Virus record (IMG/VR): IMGVR_UViG_3300025446_000005
Length of the DNA: 20,000 bases
Strand: one strand, 5' to 3'
From: an uncultured virus (IMG/VR IMGVR_UViG_3300025446_000005)
Lineage: Duplodnaviria > Heunggongvirae > Uroviricota > Caudoviricetes
Made by a program: the position numbers and the translations under genes. Below the pieces are notes generated by a model, which saw only the letters and a list, made by a program, of their open reading frames with translations, searched no databases and was not told the DNA's origin. Below, piece by piece: positions 8,400-17,651 of this stretch. Position 1 is the stretch's first letter. Each line of letters starts with the position of its first letter.

Positions 8400-8650
8400 G
8401 GCGTGCCTCCTCCTTGGCCCTTCTCCACCAAGAGCCTTCCGCGATCGGAAATTTCGTAGTCGTCGTGGTCTCCGTGCTGTATCAGACCATTATTCAAAAG
8501 CTCGTAGACGGTTCCCCACCGAACATTCTTCAGGACGTATGATCCCTTGGACTTGCTCCCGGATTCGAGCAGGTAGTGCCCGACATGGGGCATTATGCTG
8601 CCGGAATCGGCAAGCAAGCGAAGCACGGATAATCTATAGGATGGTCTCAT
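8396..8650 (-). CDS. Hypothetical protein, winged-helix-like
   Basis: TVYELLNNGLIQ...YEISDRGR is a typical wHTH C-terminal pattern; TAAGGA RBS. Confidence 0.6.
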   Translation of the reverse strand: MRPSYRLSVLRLLADSGSIMPHVGHYLLESGSKSKGSYVLKNVRWGTVYELLNNGLIQHGDHDDYEISDRGRLLVEKGQGGGTP

Positions 8651-8654
8651 ATCC

Positions 8655-10466
8655 TTACCAATCCACCTCGTACTCCCCCGGGAACATCAGGGACTCGGCC
8701 CACCAGGGCGAGAACATCTTCCCGGCCTTCTGGACGAAGTAGCCGAACGCCGCGTCCAGGATGTAGTGGGTGGCCTTGTCGCCGACGTGCCGGTTGGAGC
8801 GCCCCGTGGCCTGCTGCAGGTGGAGCGCCGTGGTCCAGTCGTACCATTCCGGGTCGAGGGCGATGCGCGCCTTCACGTAGTTCGACAGGAACTCGTACGG
8901 GACCTTCACCACGATGCTGAACCGGCTGAGGTCGTCCTTCAGGTCCAGCCCCTCGGTCATCGAGGGCGATATGATGACGGTCGGCACCCCCACCTTCTCG
9001 ATGTGCTCCGCCACGATCCTCTCCCTGTCCCCCTTCACCCCCTCCTCGTGCGTCAGCACGCGGTCCCCGAGCCCGTGGTCCCGCAGGTACTGCACGACGT
9101 ACTTGGTGATCTTGTAGGTGTGGGTGTGGATGATCCCCTTATCGTTGGCATGCTTCCTCAGGATTCTCTCTATCTCCGCGGCCACCAGGGGGAGGGACTG
9201 GTCGATGGTCTTGGCGCTCATGTTGGCGACTGGGCGGTAGAGGATGCGGCGGTTCTCCACCGGGAAGTCGCTCGGGAGGGCCACGCACACCGCGTCGTCC
9301 TTGTCGATGCCCAGGTTCCGCAGGAAGGTGCCGAAGTCCAGGATGGTGGCGCTCATCAGGACGACCTTCTCGGCCTTGGAGAACAGGAGTTTGTCGGCGA
9401 AGAGGGTGGCGGTCAGGGGCTTGATGATCATCTTGGCGGGCAGGAGGGGAATCTTGGCCCCGCACTCCCGCTTCCAGCACTTCGTCGTCCCGGGCCGGAG
9501 CTTGGCCCGGCATTCCGGGCACTTGGTAGTCTCGGACTCGGACCATACCATCCATCCCTTGCGGTCCTCGGACTTGAGGAACATGTCGAGCTGCCCGAGG
9601 TACCTTTCCAGGCCGCTCGCCTTCTTGCTGAGCCTCGCGGCCTCCTTCTTCATGGTGTCGCGCAGGCCCTCCGCCTCCATCTGGAGCTTCTGCACGGCAA
9701 CGAGGACGGCGGGCTGGAATTCCTGCTTGAGCCAGTCGAGCGCCACCCCCATGCCCTCGGCGTCGGGCTTGACGAAGGGGACGGAGCAGAAGTCTATCCC
9801 CACTTCCTCGCATCGCCAGCGGGTGACCTCGGTGTTGGCCATCCCGAGTATGTGCTGCTCGGTGCCGTGCGCCTCGTCCAGGACGAGCATGGAGCGGTTC
9901 CTGAGTTGCCCCGAAAAGGACGTTTCCGCGAGGTAGTAGGCGAAGTTGGTCACGCCCAGGGGGCTGGAGCAAAAGATTTTCTTGGCGACCTTGTACCCGT
10001 GGCACCCCCCCGGCTGGGCGTGCTCCTCGTACATGAAGTCGGCCGCCTCGCAGTCCATCTCCTCGCCGCCCTCCTCCACCGGATAGTAGTAGCCGCAGGT
10101 GTAGTTGGACTTGCCCTTCAGCTCCACGAGGCCCATGCCGCCGAAGTCCCCGAGGTACTGCTCGGTGAGGGTCTTCTGCGGCGACAGGATGTACGTCCCG
10201 GCATCATAGCACCCGCCAGGTGCCATGACCCGGGCCCACGACCCCGCCGCTATGGCCAGCCCGGACTTCCCGGAGCCCGTGGGAAGCTCAAGGACGACGT
10301 ACTTCTTGTTCTCCAGGTACGCCCGCTCCACCGCCTTGAGGGCGGCCTCCTGCGCAGGACGGATGCTGTCGAACGGGAAATGATCCCTGATTTCCTTGGA
10401 TTCTATCAGCGACAGCCATTTCCTGCAAGTCTCTCGGGCTTCCTGGACGGCTAGGGGGTCCCCCAT
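8655..10466 (-). CDS. DinG/XPD(Rad3)-family SF2 helicase
   Basis: Q motif RPAQ, ELPTGSGKS (I), VLDEAH (II), LMSAT (III), EGLDL...KVPY (V), QATGRSNRH (VI). Confidence 0.93.
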   Translation of the reverse strand: MGDPLAVQEARETCRKWLSLIESKEIRDHFPFDSIRPAQEAALKAVERAYLENKKYVVLELPTGSGKSGLAIAAGSWARVMAPGGCYDAGTYILSPQKTLTEQYLGDFGGMGLVELKGKSNYTCGYYYPVEEGGEEMDCEAADFMYEEHAQPGGCHGYKVAKKIFCSSPLGVTNFAYYLAETSFSGQLRNRSMLVLDEAHGTEQHILGMANTEVTRWRCEEVGIDFCSVPFVKPDAEGMGVALDWLKQEFQPAVLVAVQKLQMEAEGLRDTMKKEAARLSKKASGLERYLGQLDMFLKSEDRKGWMVWSESETTKCPECRAKLRPGTTKCWKRECGAKIPLLPAKMIIKPLTATLFADKLLFSKAEKVVLMSATILDFGTFLRNLGIDKDDAVCVALPSDFPVENRRILYRPVANMSAKTIDQSLPLVAAEIERILRKHANDKGIIHTHTYKITKYVVQYLRDHGLGDRVLTHEEGVKGDRERIVAEHIEKVGVPTVIISPSMTEGLDLKDDLSRFSIVVKVPYEFLSNYVKARIALDPEWYDWTTALHLQQATGRSNRHVGDKATHYILDAAFGYFVQKAGKMFSPWWAESLMFPGEYEVDW

Positions 10467-10486
10467 GGGATTTTGTCCTCATGGGT

Positions 10487-10502
10487 ATAATACACCGAAA
10501 AA
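10487..10502 (-). promoter_or_regulatory. Putative promoter (TTTTTCGGTGTATTAT)
   Basis: In the intergenic gap just upstream of the helicase RBS (GAGGA); member of the recurring motif family. Confidence 0.55.
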
Positions 10503-10531
10503 TGACTTTGAAGGGGGGTTTTTGGCTACTT

Positions 10532-11236
10532 TTAGAAAACGACGGGGCGGAAGCAGTCGCTCGTGCAGCCATAGCCATTCACCTGCTCGCGCAGGACTAC
10601 GGCCTGTTCCTCCTTGGGAAGCAGGTCCAGGACCTCCTCCATGGCCTTCCATATGCCGTCCCGGAACTCCGGGCCCTCGATCCTGCCCTTCTCGTCCTCC
10701 TCCATCCCCACGTACTTCCTCGCCAGGGACGTCAGAGCGGAGCACAGGGAGGAGCACGTCCCGGCAGGGATGCCGTCGCCCGCGGACTCCTTGAGGAGCC
10801 TTACGGCCTCCAATATCCTCTCCTCGGGGGAGTCCATGTGGTTGTAGATGCACATCAGCTTGAAGGCCAGCTTCTGCCTGGGCCTGAGGCGGTCCCACGA
10901 GGGGGAGGACCTGGAGGACATCTCCTCCGCCACGTCCTCCAGCATGCCCTCCGCCCTGAGCCACCTCTCGGCCTGGCCAAGCTCATCCGGGGCAAGGGAC
11001 AGGAAGCGCCCGATGCGCCGCTCCTTCTCGCTGCGGACGAGCGCGGGCGAGCATGCCGCCGACCGGGCGCTGCCGATGCAGCAGAGGTGCAGGTCGGGGT
11101 ACCTGATCCGGCGCAGGGCCTTGCTCGTGAACCTCTTCCCCTCGGAGGCGAGCTCCTTGCGGGCGTCTGAGAAGCGCACGGACGGCTGGATGGTCTCGAC
11201 CTCCACCTTGAGCGGGAATCCCTCGGCGTCCTTCAT
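10532..11236 (-). CDS. Hypothetical protein (~234 aa)
   Basis: GC3-biased ORF; ATG at 11236 lies 5 nt after a CGGTATTGT motif (probably leaderless). Confidence 0.75.
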   Translation of the reverse strand: MKDAEGFPLKVEVETIQPSVRFSDARKELASEGKRFTSKALRRIRYPDLHLCCIGSARSAACSPALVRSEKERRIGRFLSLAPDELGQAERWLRAEGMLEDVAEEMSSRSSPSWDRLRPRQKLAFKLMCIYNHMDSPEERILEAVRLLKESAGDGIPAGTCSSLCSALTSLARKYVGMEEDEKGRIEGPEFRDGIWKAMEEVLDLLPKEEQAVVLREQVNGYGCTSDCFRPVVF

Positions 11237-11330
11237 GATCGACAATACCGTCCTTCCGCGTTACCTCGATACGAGGAGCTTGTGCCACTAAAAAAGATAG
11301 GCAATAGGCGAGATTTGGGACGAAGGAAGC

Positions 11331-11366
11331 AAAAAAATGCGGCAAGGCCCCGAGGGGCCCTGCCGC
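11331..11366 (-). terminator. Rho-independent terminator
   Basis: GCGGCAGGGCCCC-TC-GGGGCCTTGCCGC followed by A and T7, about 40 nt after the stop codon at 11408. Confidence 0.85.
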
Positions 11367-11407
11367 CTGAATCCGGTCGGAACGCGACGGGATTACGATA
11401 CGGATGG

Positions 11408-13006
11408 CTAGTGGACGACGCAGACGTAGTCCGGGTTGCCGCCCGTCCGGTAGAAGTCCCCGGCCGCCAGCCCTCCCGTGATCGCCGCCGCGTTGTTGGC
11501 GTATGCGGGCAGCCCCGCTACGGCCAGCTTCGAGTGCGGGGTGGTCGTCCCGATGCCGACGTTGCCGCCGACTTGCGATAGCCCGGGGTTCCAAACCGCG
11601 CCTTGGCCGTCATAAAATAAGAACCCTCCCGAGGACTGAGTGTTGAGAGCGAAGCGCTTGGCGCTGCCGGTGAAAATGGAAAGCCCGGTTGCGGCGTCGG
11701 TCGAGGTGCTGATGGTGAGCCGGGAGCCGACTTGGCCGGACATGGAGGGGTCGGCCGTGCCGACCCCCAGATTGCCCGTGGTCGTGATGGCCACCGGAGG
11801 ATTGCTTCCTCGCTGAGCAAAGAAATGGGTGCCAACGGCGGGAATTGCCGTCCCAATCGAAAGGCCGCCGCCCTGGAGTGCCGCGGCAGAATATATGAGC
11901 GGAAACCAATAGCTGTCGGAACCGGGCGCATGAGTGATGTTAGCGCCCACCGTTGCGATCCACGGGGAGCCGCCACAGACTACCATGCTGAATTTACTGT
12001 AGGAAACTGTGGGGTCCCATTGCCAGAGAGGGGTGCTTGCTATGCCATGAACGACAGTGGAACCAAAGGGTATCCAGGACTGGACAGGTTGCCACAGATT
12101 TGCCCAGTAGGTGGGCTGTTTGTCGGGCTCCTCGTTGGAGTTGTTGGTAAGGCAGCCGTAGACATCACAGCTATACTGGCTCTGGAAGCTCACCACCTGC
12201 CCAACGGTGTAAGCATTGCCCGATGCCCACGAGCCCTTAAATGCGCCCGATGCCCCCATGCTCCCCCAGTTAGTATTGCCTGCCGAGGGAACGGAGTTGG
12301 TGCTGGCTGTAAGCGCCTGCCAGATTGACGAGTTGTGGGAAACCATCTGCCCGGTGACGTAGGTGATTGTGGACGACCACTCACCCATGAAGAAGGAGCC
12401 CACAAGACCAGCAATTCCTGACATCGCTCCGTCAGGGGGGGCATTCCCTATGTTGTTAAACCGCACCGAAACGAACGTGTCTCCATTGTACGATACAACG
12501 TTGCCCGAGCCGTAGGTCGTAGTAGGACTGTACGCTGGTGGGACCCAGGTAATGACGTTCATGTAGGGATAGAAAGAATCCAGAAATGGAGTAGGTATAA
12601 CGGTGGCCCCTGTAAGCTGCAGCCAGCAAGCCGCTGGGGGGGTACAACCCTGATTGCCGTCGATGGTGGATATGTATGCATTTCCTTGGTACATCACTAC
12701 TTCGTACAAGTTGTAGGTATAGTCTGTCCACTCAGTGACCGCAATCAGGAGCGTTCCCTCGCTACTCAGAGCGTTGGGGATTGGGAACCATGGACCCAGC
12801 AGATTTGCTCCGGGATCGGGCACGTTGCCTAAGTTGCTGTCCATAGTCGATACCCAAAGAAGCCCGCCATAGCTCACGACGGAGTACTTGGGGTAGGTCA
12901 GATACCCCCTCCAGGACATGGGAGTAGTTGAAAACTGAAGTAGCCCGCTTTCCGAAAAGCTACCGTTGATTGGAATACTTAGACCTGCAGAATATACGCT
13001 GCCCAT
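11408..13006 (-). CDS. Putative virion fibre/adhesin with six CBM5/12-like (ChtBD3) repeats
   Basis: Six W/Y-x(4-5)-Y-xx-x-x-V/M-V-x-x-x-G-xx-W/Y units. C-terminal GNLGVGT and GNVGIGTTTP plus YANNAAAITGGLAAGDFYRTG resemble phage fibre tips. G/S/T-rich, lower GC than flanks, TAAGGAGG RBS. Confidence 0.7.
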   Translation of the reverse strand: MGSVYSAGLSIPINGSFSESGLLQFSTTPMSWRGYLTYPKYSVVSYGGLLWVSTMDSNLGNVPDPGANLLGPWFPIPNALSSEGTLLIAVTEWTDYTYNLYEVVMYQGNAYISTIDGNQGCTPPAACWLQLTGATVIPTPFLDSFYPYMNVITWVPPAYSPTTTYGSGNVVSYNGDTFVSVRFNNIGNAPPDGAMSGIAGLVGSFFMGEWSSTITYVTGQMVSHNSSIWQALTASTNSVPSAGNTNWGSMGASGAFKGSWASGNAYTVGQVVSFQSQYSCDVYGCLTNNSNEEPDKQPTYWANLWQPVQSWIPFGSTVVHGIASTPLWQWDPTVSYSKFSMVVCGGSPWIATVGANITHAPGSDSYWFPLIYSAAALQGGGLSIGTAIPAVGTHFFAQRGSNPPVAITTTGNLGVGTADPSMSGQVGSRLTISTSTDAATGLSIFTGSAKRFALNTQSSGGFLFYDGQGAVWNPGLSQVGGNVGIGTTTPHSKLAVAGLPAYANNAAAITGGLAAGDFYRTGGNPDYVCVVH

Positions 13007-13177
13007 TTGGTTTGCCTCCTTAGGCGGAACGGCTTATGGCGAGTCGGCAGGGACGGAGATGTCGGGCGTCGTTGCCCAGCATTGGGTTCCATTCGAAAGG
13101 ATGGCCAACTAGAACGTCCCCTCACCTATGGGATGCGTAGTCGGTATATTTATGGTTGGAATAAGAAAACAAAGGAG

Positions 13178-16100
13178 TTATGCTTTATCCAGCTTTTCCA
13201 GCTCCTCTTTCAGCACGGCACGGTCCCGCTCGACCTGCGACCACCCCTTCCGGTAGGTCTCGTCCATCGAGGCCCCCTTGGTGAAATGGTGGTGGGTCAG
13301 CCTGGCGGATTCGTCCCTGAACGCCTCCCCGAGCCTCGACGCCTTGGCCCAGAGGAGGTTGTCGCACCCCACGTGGTGGAATCTCTCGGAAAAGACCTCC
13401 CCGAGCCTGTCGAACAGGTCCTTGCGGATGAGAAAGTGCTCACAGGCGTTTCCCCCGTCCGGGAGCAGGGGGCCCGTGTTGACCGCCACGAGCCCGTGCT
13501 CCCTTGACGACAGCGCCGCCCGGTAGAGACACCACGGGTCGGAGAACTCCACGTCGTCGGCGGCGAAGAAGAAGGCGGCGGCCTCGGCGGCCCTGCACAT
13601 CCGGTTGACCTTCACGGGCACGGTGTCGGTGGTGCCGTCCACCAGGATCGTGACGAGGTGCTTCGGGTAGTACAGCCCATCTATCGAGTCCACGCACCGC
13701 CTCAACCCCTCCGGCCTTCCCAGGGCGGGGATGACGAAGGCGACGCGGGGCAGGTAGTCCTTCTTGCTGTAGTGGGCGGCGTCGACCCACGACTTCATGC
13801 AGTGGTGGAAGAGCCTCGTGTTGGGGGTGACGTTGATGGTGCCAGTCCGGTGGTTGTAGGGCGTGAAGTACTCCGGGGGATAGACCGCCACGCCCGGATG
13901 CCCGCTCCCGCCCTCCTTTACCAGGGGGGTGAAGACCTCCGTCGCGGCCGCGAAGGGGAAGTCCTCGTCCCCCTTGAATTTGCTCTCCATGAGCCTCATC
14001 TGCTCCCGGATCAAAGGATGGTTCGGGATCGAGCCGATGGGGGAGTTCCCGACCCATCCGTCCTCCCCCGTGCCCACGAAGAGCGAATGGCCCAGCATGT
14101 CGTCGAAGCTCCTGCCGGGAAGGACCTCCTCGTCCAGGTCGCAGTAGATTCCCCCGCGTTCCGCCAGCTCGTGGAGCCGCCAGTAGTCCGAGACGTTGAC
14201 CCATTTTTTAGCAGCCACACCGGCGTCCATGTAGGGGATTCCCCTGGGCAGGTCCTTGAGGGTGAGGACCTGGTGCTCGTACCCCCCCATCGCCCTCTGC
14301 GTGGCCAGGCACTTCCCCATGGCGGGCGGGATGCCCCCGTCCTCGGACAGCCATATGTTGAAGATCCTCCTGGGTATGGGGGCCCTGCCCAGGCTGGCGG
14401 ACCCGGGCTCCTTGACCCACGACTTCAGGAAATGGTGGAAGGTAATGCTATGGCTGGTGACGTTGGTCCTGCCGGTCTGGTGGTTGTAGGGGTAGAAGAC
14501 CTCCGGAATGCACACGAGGATGCCCTCGTCCTTGCTGGCGGCGGCCAGGATGCGGGGGGTGATGATCTCCAGGGAGGACTCGAAGTTCTTGTCGTCGTCC
14601 CCCCTGAACTTGGCTACGACCTCCTCCAGGTGCGCTTTGAGGAGCGGATGCCCCGGCTCCGCCCCCATGACGGCGGTGGACACGAAGCCGTTCTCCTCCC
14701 GCCCAGCGAACAGCGAGCGGCGGAGCAGCCCGCGGAAATCCTTGCCGGGGAGGATCTCCACGTCGGCGTCGCAGTATATGCCGCCCCGCTCGATCAGCTC
14801 GTGTATGCGGACGTAGTCGCACGCCTTGACCCATTTCTTGGCCCCGATGGCGGCGTCCAGGTAGGGGATGCCCTTCGGGCAGTCGCCCAGTCCGATGACG
14901 TGGTGCTCGTATCCCTCGACCGCCCTCTGGCTGGCGATGCACTTCCTCACGAGGTCCGGCATGCTTCCGTCCTCGGAGAGCCAGACGGTGAAGATGCGCC
15001 TGGGAATCCTGTCGGGCGGCTCGGACCTCGTCTCCTTGAACCAGATGCTCTCGCACTTTTCCGTCCCCGGGACACACTCGTCCACCGCCTCGCAGACGCC
15101 CATCCAGGTGCCGGGGAGGTAGTCGTGCCCCGACAGGACGACATCGGCCATGTCCCGCCACAGCCCGATGTCCTCCTTGACCTCCTCCTTGGTGTGCCCG
15201 GCGTCGATGAACACCATGCCGAACCTGCGCCCCTCGACGGCGCACTTGGCGGCGGCCTCGCGGCTCGTCATGCGCAGGACTTCGAGGTTCTTGAAGTGCC
15301 CGACGTTCTTCGTGAACGTGGCGAAGATGTCCTCCGCCTTCGCCATGGCGTTGGTCTGGTCCCTCGGGTCCACGGAGCCCTGGAAGGTGTCGACGCACGT
15401 CACCGTGCCCTTGCACCCGGACAGCAGGGCGTGGGTGCTCCTCCCCTTCCAGCTCCCCAGCTCCAGGACGCTGTCCATCCCCTTGGCCTTCTCGTAGAGC
15501 CAGTTGAGCTCGCCGATGCTCATCCACCCCTCGATGCCCTGGTCCTTGTACTCGTAGTCCCGGGGATAGTAGAACTGCCTTTCAGCCTGGTACTTCGGGT
15601 TGGCCGGGTCGTAGGCGAACGCCTTGTCGTAGTGCTCCTTCGACCGCGCCTTGTCGCCGAGCCACCACAGCGCCCAGTACAGCTTCTCGTGCGGCTCGTA
15701 GGTGTAGTGCGCCCCGAGGTTGCAGTAGCAGTCGTTCGGGGGTATCTCCAGGGCCGCCGAGCAGTAGCAGGCGACCTTCTGCGGGTCGTTCTTCCTCCAG
15801 TAATGGTCGGCGAGGCGGAGCAGCGGCTCCCTGCGCGTCCCGTCCGCCAGGAACGCCCTGTGCCAGGAGTCGAGTGCCTTCCCCTCCTCCCCGAGCGCCA
15901 TCCATGCGTCCCCGATGAACACCAGCGACTGGCCCCTCTCCTGCGCCCACCGGTTCATAGCGACGTGGCGGGCCAGCTCCTTGATGGCGGACTTCGGCCT
16001 TCCCCTCCACAGGAGCTCGCGCCCGAGGTAGTGGGAGTTCCGGTCGTTGCCCTGGTTGAGGTAGCAGTCGAGCGCCAGCCCGGCGAGGTAGCGGTCCCTG

Positions 16101-16720
16101 TGCGGGTCGTTGTCGGGCAACTGGAAGTGCTCCAGGAGGAGGACACTCGGGGGGAGGTAGGTGCGCTCGGCCTCGCCCACCAGGACCTCGTGGACGATTC
16201 CCTGCCAGCGCATCTTCCTGCGGTCGTACATCTTGCACTGCTTGAACTGGACGGCCGGCTGGCCGTTGGGGTAGTGCGAGAAGACGAAGTGGAACTCCAT
16301 CTGCTCGTAGCCCCGCCTGACGGCCTCCTCGATGGCGTCGATGTCGCACACGGAGAATTGCTCGTCGCAGTCGGGCATCGAGACGACGTCGTTCGTGGCC
16401 AGGAAGGCGGAATGGTTCCTGGCGGCGGCATAGTTGAACAGCCTGTCCCCCTGGCGGACTATCGGGGCCTCCCCCTCCACAACGAACCGGGCATTGATCT
16501 TGTCCGCGATGCCGGGGGGCATGTCGAACATGAACTTGTCCCCCACGCAATGGACGGAGAACCCTGCGGCCCTGCCAACCTCCACGGTCCCGTCCGTGGA
16601 TCCCGTGTCCACAAGGACCACCTCGCCCCCCCGTCCCAGGAACCCCCCCAGCGAGGCGATCAGCCGCGGGAGCGTCCTCTCCGCGTTCTTCCCTATCAGG
16701 CACACGCTGAAGTTGACCAT
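13178..16720 (-). CDS. Multidomain glycosyltransferase: GT2 + TPR + class I methyltransferase + 2x GT32(DXD)-like + GT2-like
   Basis: LVDTGSTDGT and DCDE (GT2), a helical TPR-like region, VLELGSWKGRST and MVFIDAGH (Methyltransf_24-like), twice IPRRIF..W / RGGIYCDxD / HH..KSW (GT32-like), then VAFVIPALGRPEGL and AADD. Confidence 0.92.
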   Translation of the reverse strand: MVNFSVCLIGKNAERTLPRLIASLGGFLGRGGEVVLVDTGSTDGTVEVGRAAGFSVHCVGDKFMFDMPPGIADKINARFVVEGEAPIVRQGDRLFNYAAARNHSAFLATNDVVSMPDCDEQFSVCDIDAIEEAVRRGYEQMEFHFVFSHYPNGQPAVQFKQCKMYDRRKMRWQGIVHEVLVGEAERTYLPPSVLLLEHFQLPDNDPHRDRYLAGLALDCYLNQGNDRNSHYLGRELLWRGRPKSAIKELARHVAMNRWAQERGQSLVFIGDAWMALGEEGKALDSWHRAFLADGTRREPLLRLADHYWRKNDPQKVACYCSAALEIPPNDCYCNLGAHYTYEPHEKLYWALWWLGDKARSKEHYDKAFAYDPANPKYQAERQFYYPRDYEYKDQGIEGWMSIGELNWLYEKAKGMDSVLELGSWKGRSTHALLSGCKGTVTCVDTFQGSVDPRDQTNAMAKAEDIFATFTKNVGHFKNLEVLRMTSREAAAKCAVEGRRFGMVFIDAGHTKEEVKEDIGLWRDMADVVLSGHDYLPGTWMGVCEAVDECVPGTEKCESIWFKETRSEPPDRIPRRIFTVWLSEDGSMPDLVRKCIASQRAVEGYEHHVIGLGDCPKGIPYLDAAIGAKKWVKACDYVRIHELIERGGIYCDADVEILPGKDFRGLLRRSLFAGREENGFVSTAVMGAEPGHPLLKAHLEEVVAKFRGDDDKNFESSLEIITPRILAAASKDEGILVCIPEVFYPYNHQTGRTNVTSHSITFHHFLKSWVKEPGSASLGRAPIPRRIFNIWLSEDGGIPPAMGKCLATQRAMGGYEHQVLTLKDLPRGIPYMDAGVAAKKWVNVSDYWRLHELAERGGIYCDLDEEVLPGRSFDDMLGHSLFVGTGEDGWVGNSPIGSIPNHPLIREQMRLMESKFKGDEDFPFAAATEVFTPLVKEGGSGHPGVAVYPPEYFTPYNHRTGTINVTPNTRLFHHCMKSWVDAAHYSKKDYLPRVAFVIPALGRPEGLRRCVDSIDGLYYPKHLVTILVDGTTDTVPVKVNRMCRAAEAAAFFFAADDVEFSDPWCLYRAALSSREHGLVAVNTGPLLPDGGNACEHFLIRKDLFDRLGEVFSERFHHVGCDNLLWAKASRLGEAFRDESARLTHHHFTKGASMDETYRKGWSQVERDRAVLKEELEKLDKA
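13787..15009 (-). repeat. Intragenic tandem duplication of the GT32-like domain, 630-nt period
   Basis: Homologous anchors are offset by exactly 630 nt at both ends (14361 vs 14991 'aagat'; 13784 vs 14414 'gacccacgacttca'). Confidence 0.85.
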
Positions 16721-16755
16721 GCCGTCTCAATACTTGGTTTGCCGCAAGGCGGGGC

Positions 16756-17331
16756 CTACCTGGTCCTCGGGGGCCAGCATACCTTCTTGTTCTTGATGTT
16801 TGCCAGAGCCGGGTAGTCCCTTTCCGCAAGGTAGTCCCGCGACAGGTTGGCTGGATTTTTCGGGGTCTCGTGCTGCTCGAACGGCTGGGCGGTGTCGTCG
16901 ATGTGCTTCTGGTTCTCCCGGTTGGCTATCTCCTCGGACCCGTGGAACATCTCCCCGAGCTCGCCGGAGATGTCGTAGCCATAGGCCACCTTCCTGCCCG
17001 CCAGGACGTCCAGGACCCCCCTCAGCTTCAGCATGGCGGCGCGCTGGAGCGCCATGGCGGACTCGTAGTCCCCGGAGCGGGCGGACTCCTTCGAGCCGGA
17101 AACGTCCCGCTTGGCCAGGCCCACGTCCCTTTGCAGGCGGGCGGCGGATGGGGGGAGGGAGGCATAGACGCCGAGGAGCAGCTCCTTGAGCTTGGGGTAG
17201 GCCTCCAGGAAGGCGGCGCGGGCGTCCCCGCCCCCGGCAAAGATGGCCTTCCATAGCTGTGCGGCAAGCCCGTCGAGCCTGCCGACGGCGGCGGGCCCGT
17301 CGGCCTTCTTGCAAAGGAGCGGGTTGCGCAT
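16756..17331 (-). CDS. Hypothetical protein (191 aa)
   Basis: GGGAGG RBS, GC3 bias. Confidence 0.75.
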   Translation of the reverse strand: MRNPLLCKKADGPAAVGRLDGLAAQLWKAIFAGGGDARAAFLEAYPKLKELLLGVYASLPPSAARLQRDVGLAKRDVSGSKESARSGDYESAMALQRAAMLKLRGVLDVLAGRKVAYGYDISGELGEMFHGSEEIANRENQKHIDDTAQPFEQHETPKNPANLSRDYLAERDYPALANIKNKKVCWPPRTR

Positions 17332-17366
17332 GGTCCTCCCTGAATAGGGAACGAAAAGACGCGGGA

Positions 17367-17648
17367 CTAGGGGACGGTCGGGTCGGGAAGGGCCTCCGTG
17401 GGGGGGACGGGGGCGGCGGGGGGCTCGGCCTCGGCGGGCACGGCGGCGCAGTCGATGATCAGAGGCTGCTGGAACAGGCGGAAGAAGGTGGCGTTCCGCA
17501 CGAGGCTCTGGTATTCCCTGACCACGCTCCTGGGCATCCGGGCCCGCAGGTCAGCGACTTCGGCGGAGGATACGGAAATCTCGTATTCCCCGCACGGGAG
17601 CAGGGTCCCGTATTTCCTGACGATGGCGGCGAACATGTCTGGGGTCAT
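17367..17648 (-). CDS. Hypothetical protein (93 aa, Pro-rich tail)
   Basis: GAGGTGAGGG RBS, 3 nt after the upstream stop. Confidence 0.65.
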   Translation of the reverse strand: MTPDMFAAIVRKYGTLLPCGEYEISVSSAEVADLRARMPRSVVREYQSLVRNATFFRLFQQPLIIDCAAVPAEAEPPAAPVPPTEALPDPTVP

Positions 17649-17651
17649 CCC

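Noticed and set aside
13658..16816. Long plus-strand ORFs (1052 aa here; also 104-1252, 1746-2915, 3198-4256, 8766-10454 and others)
   Set aside because: These are antisense shadows of GC3-rich minus-strand genes. They have no recognisable motifs, while the minus-strand frames carry clear family signatures.
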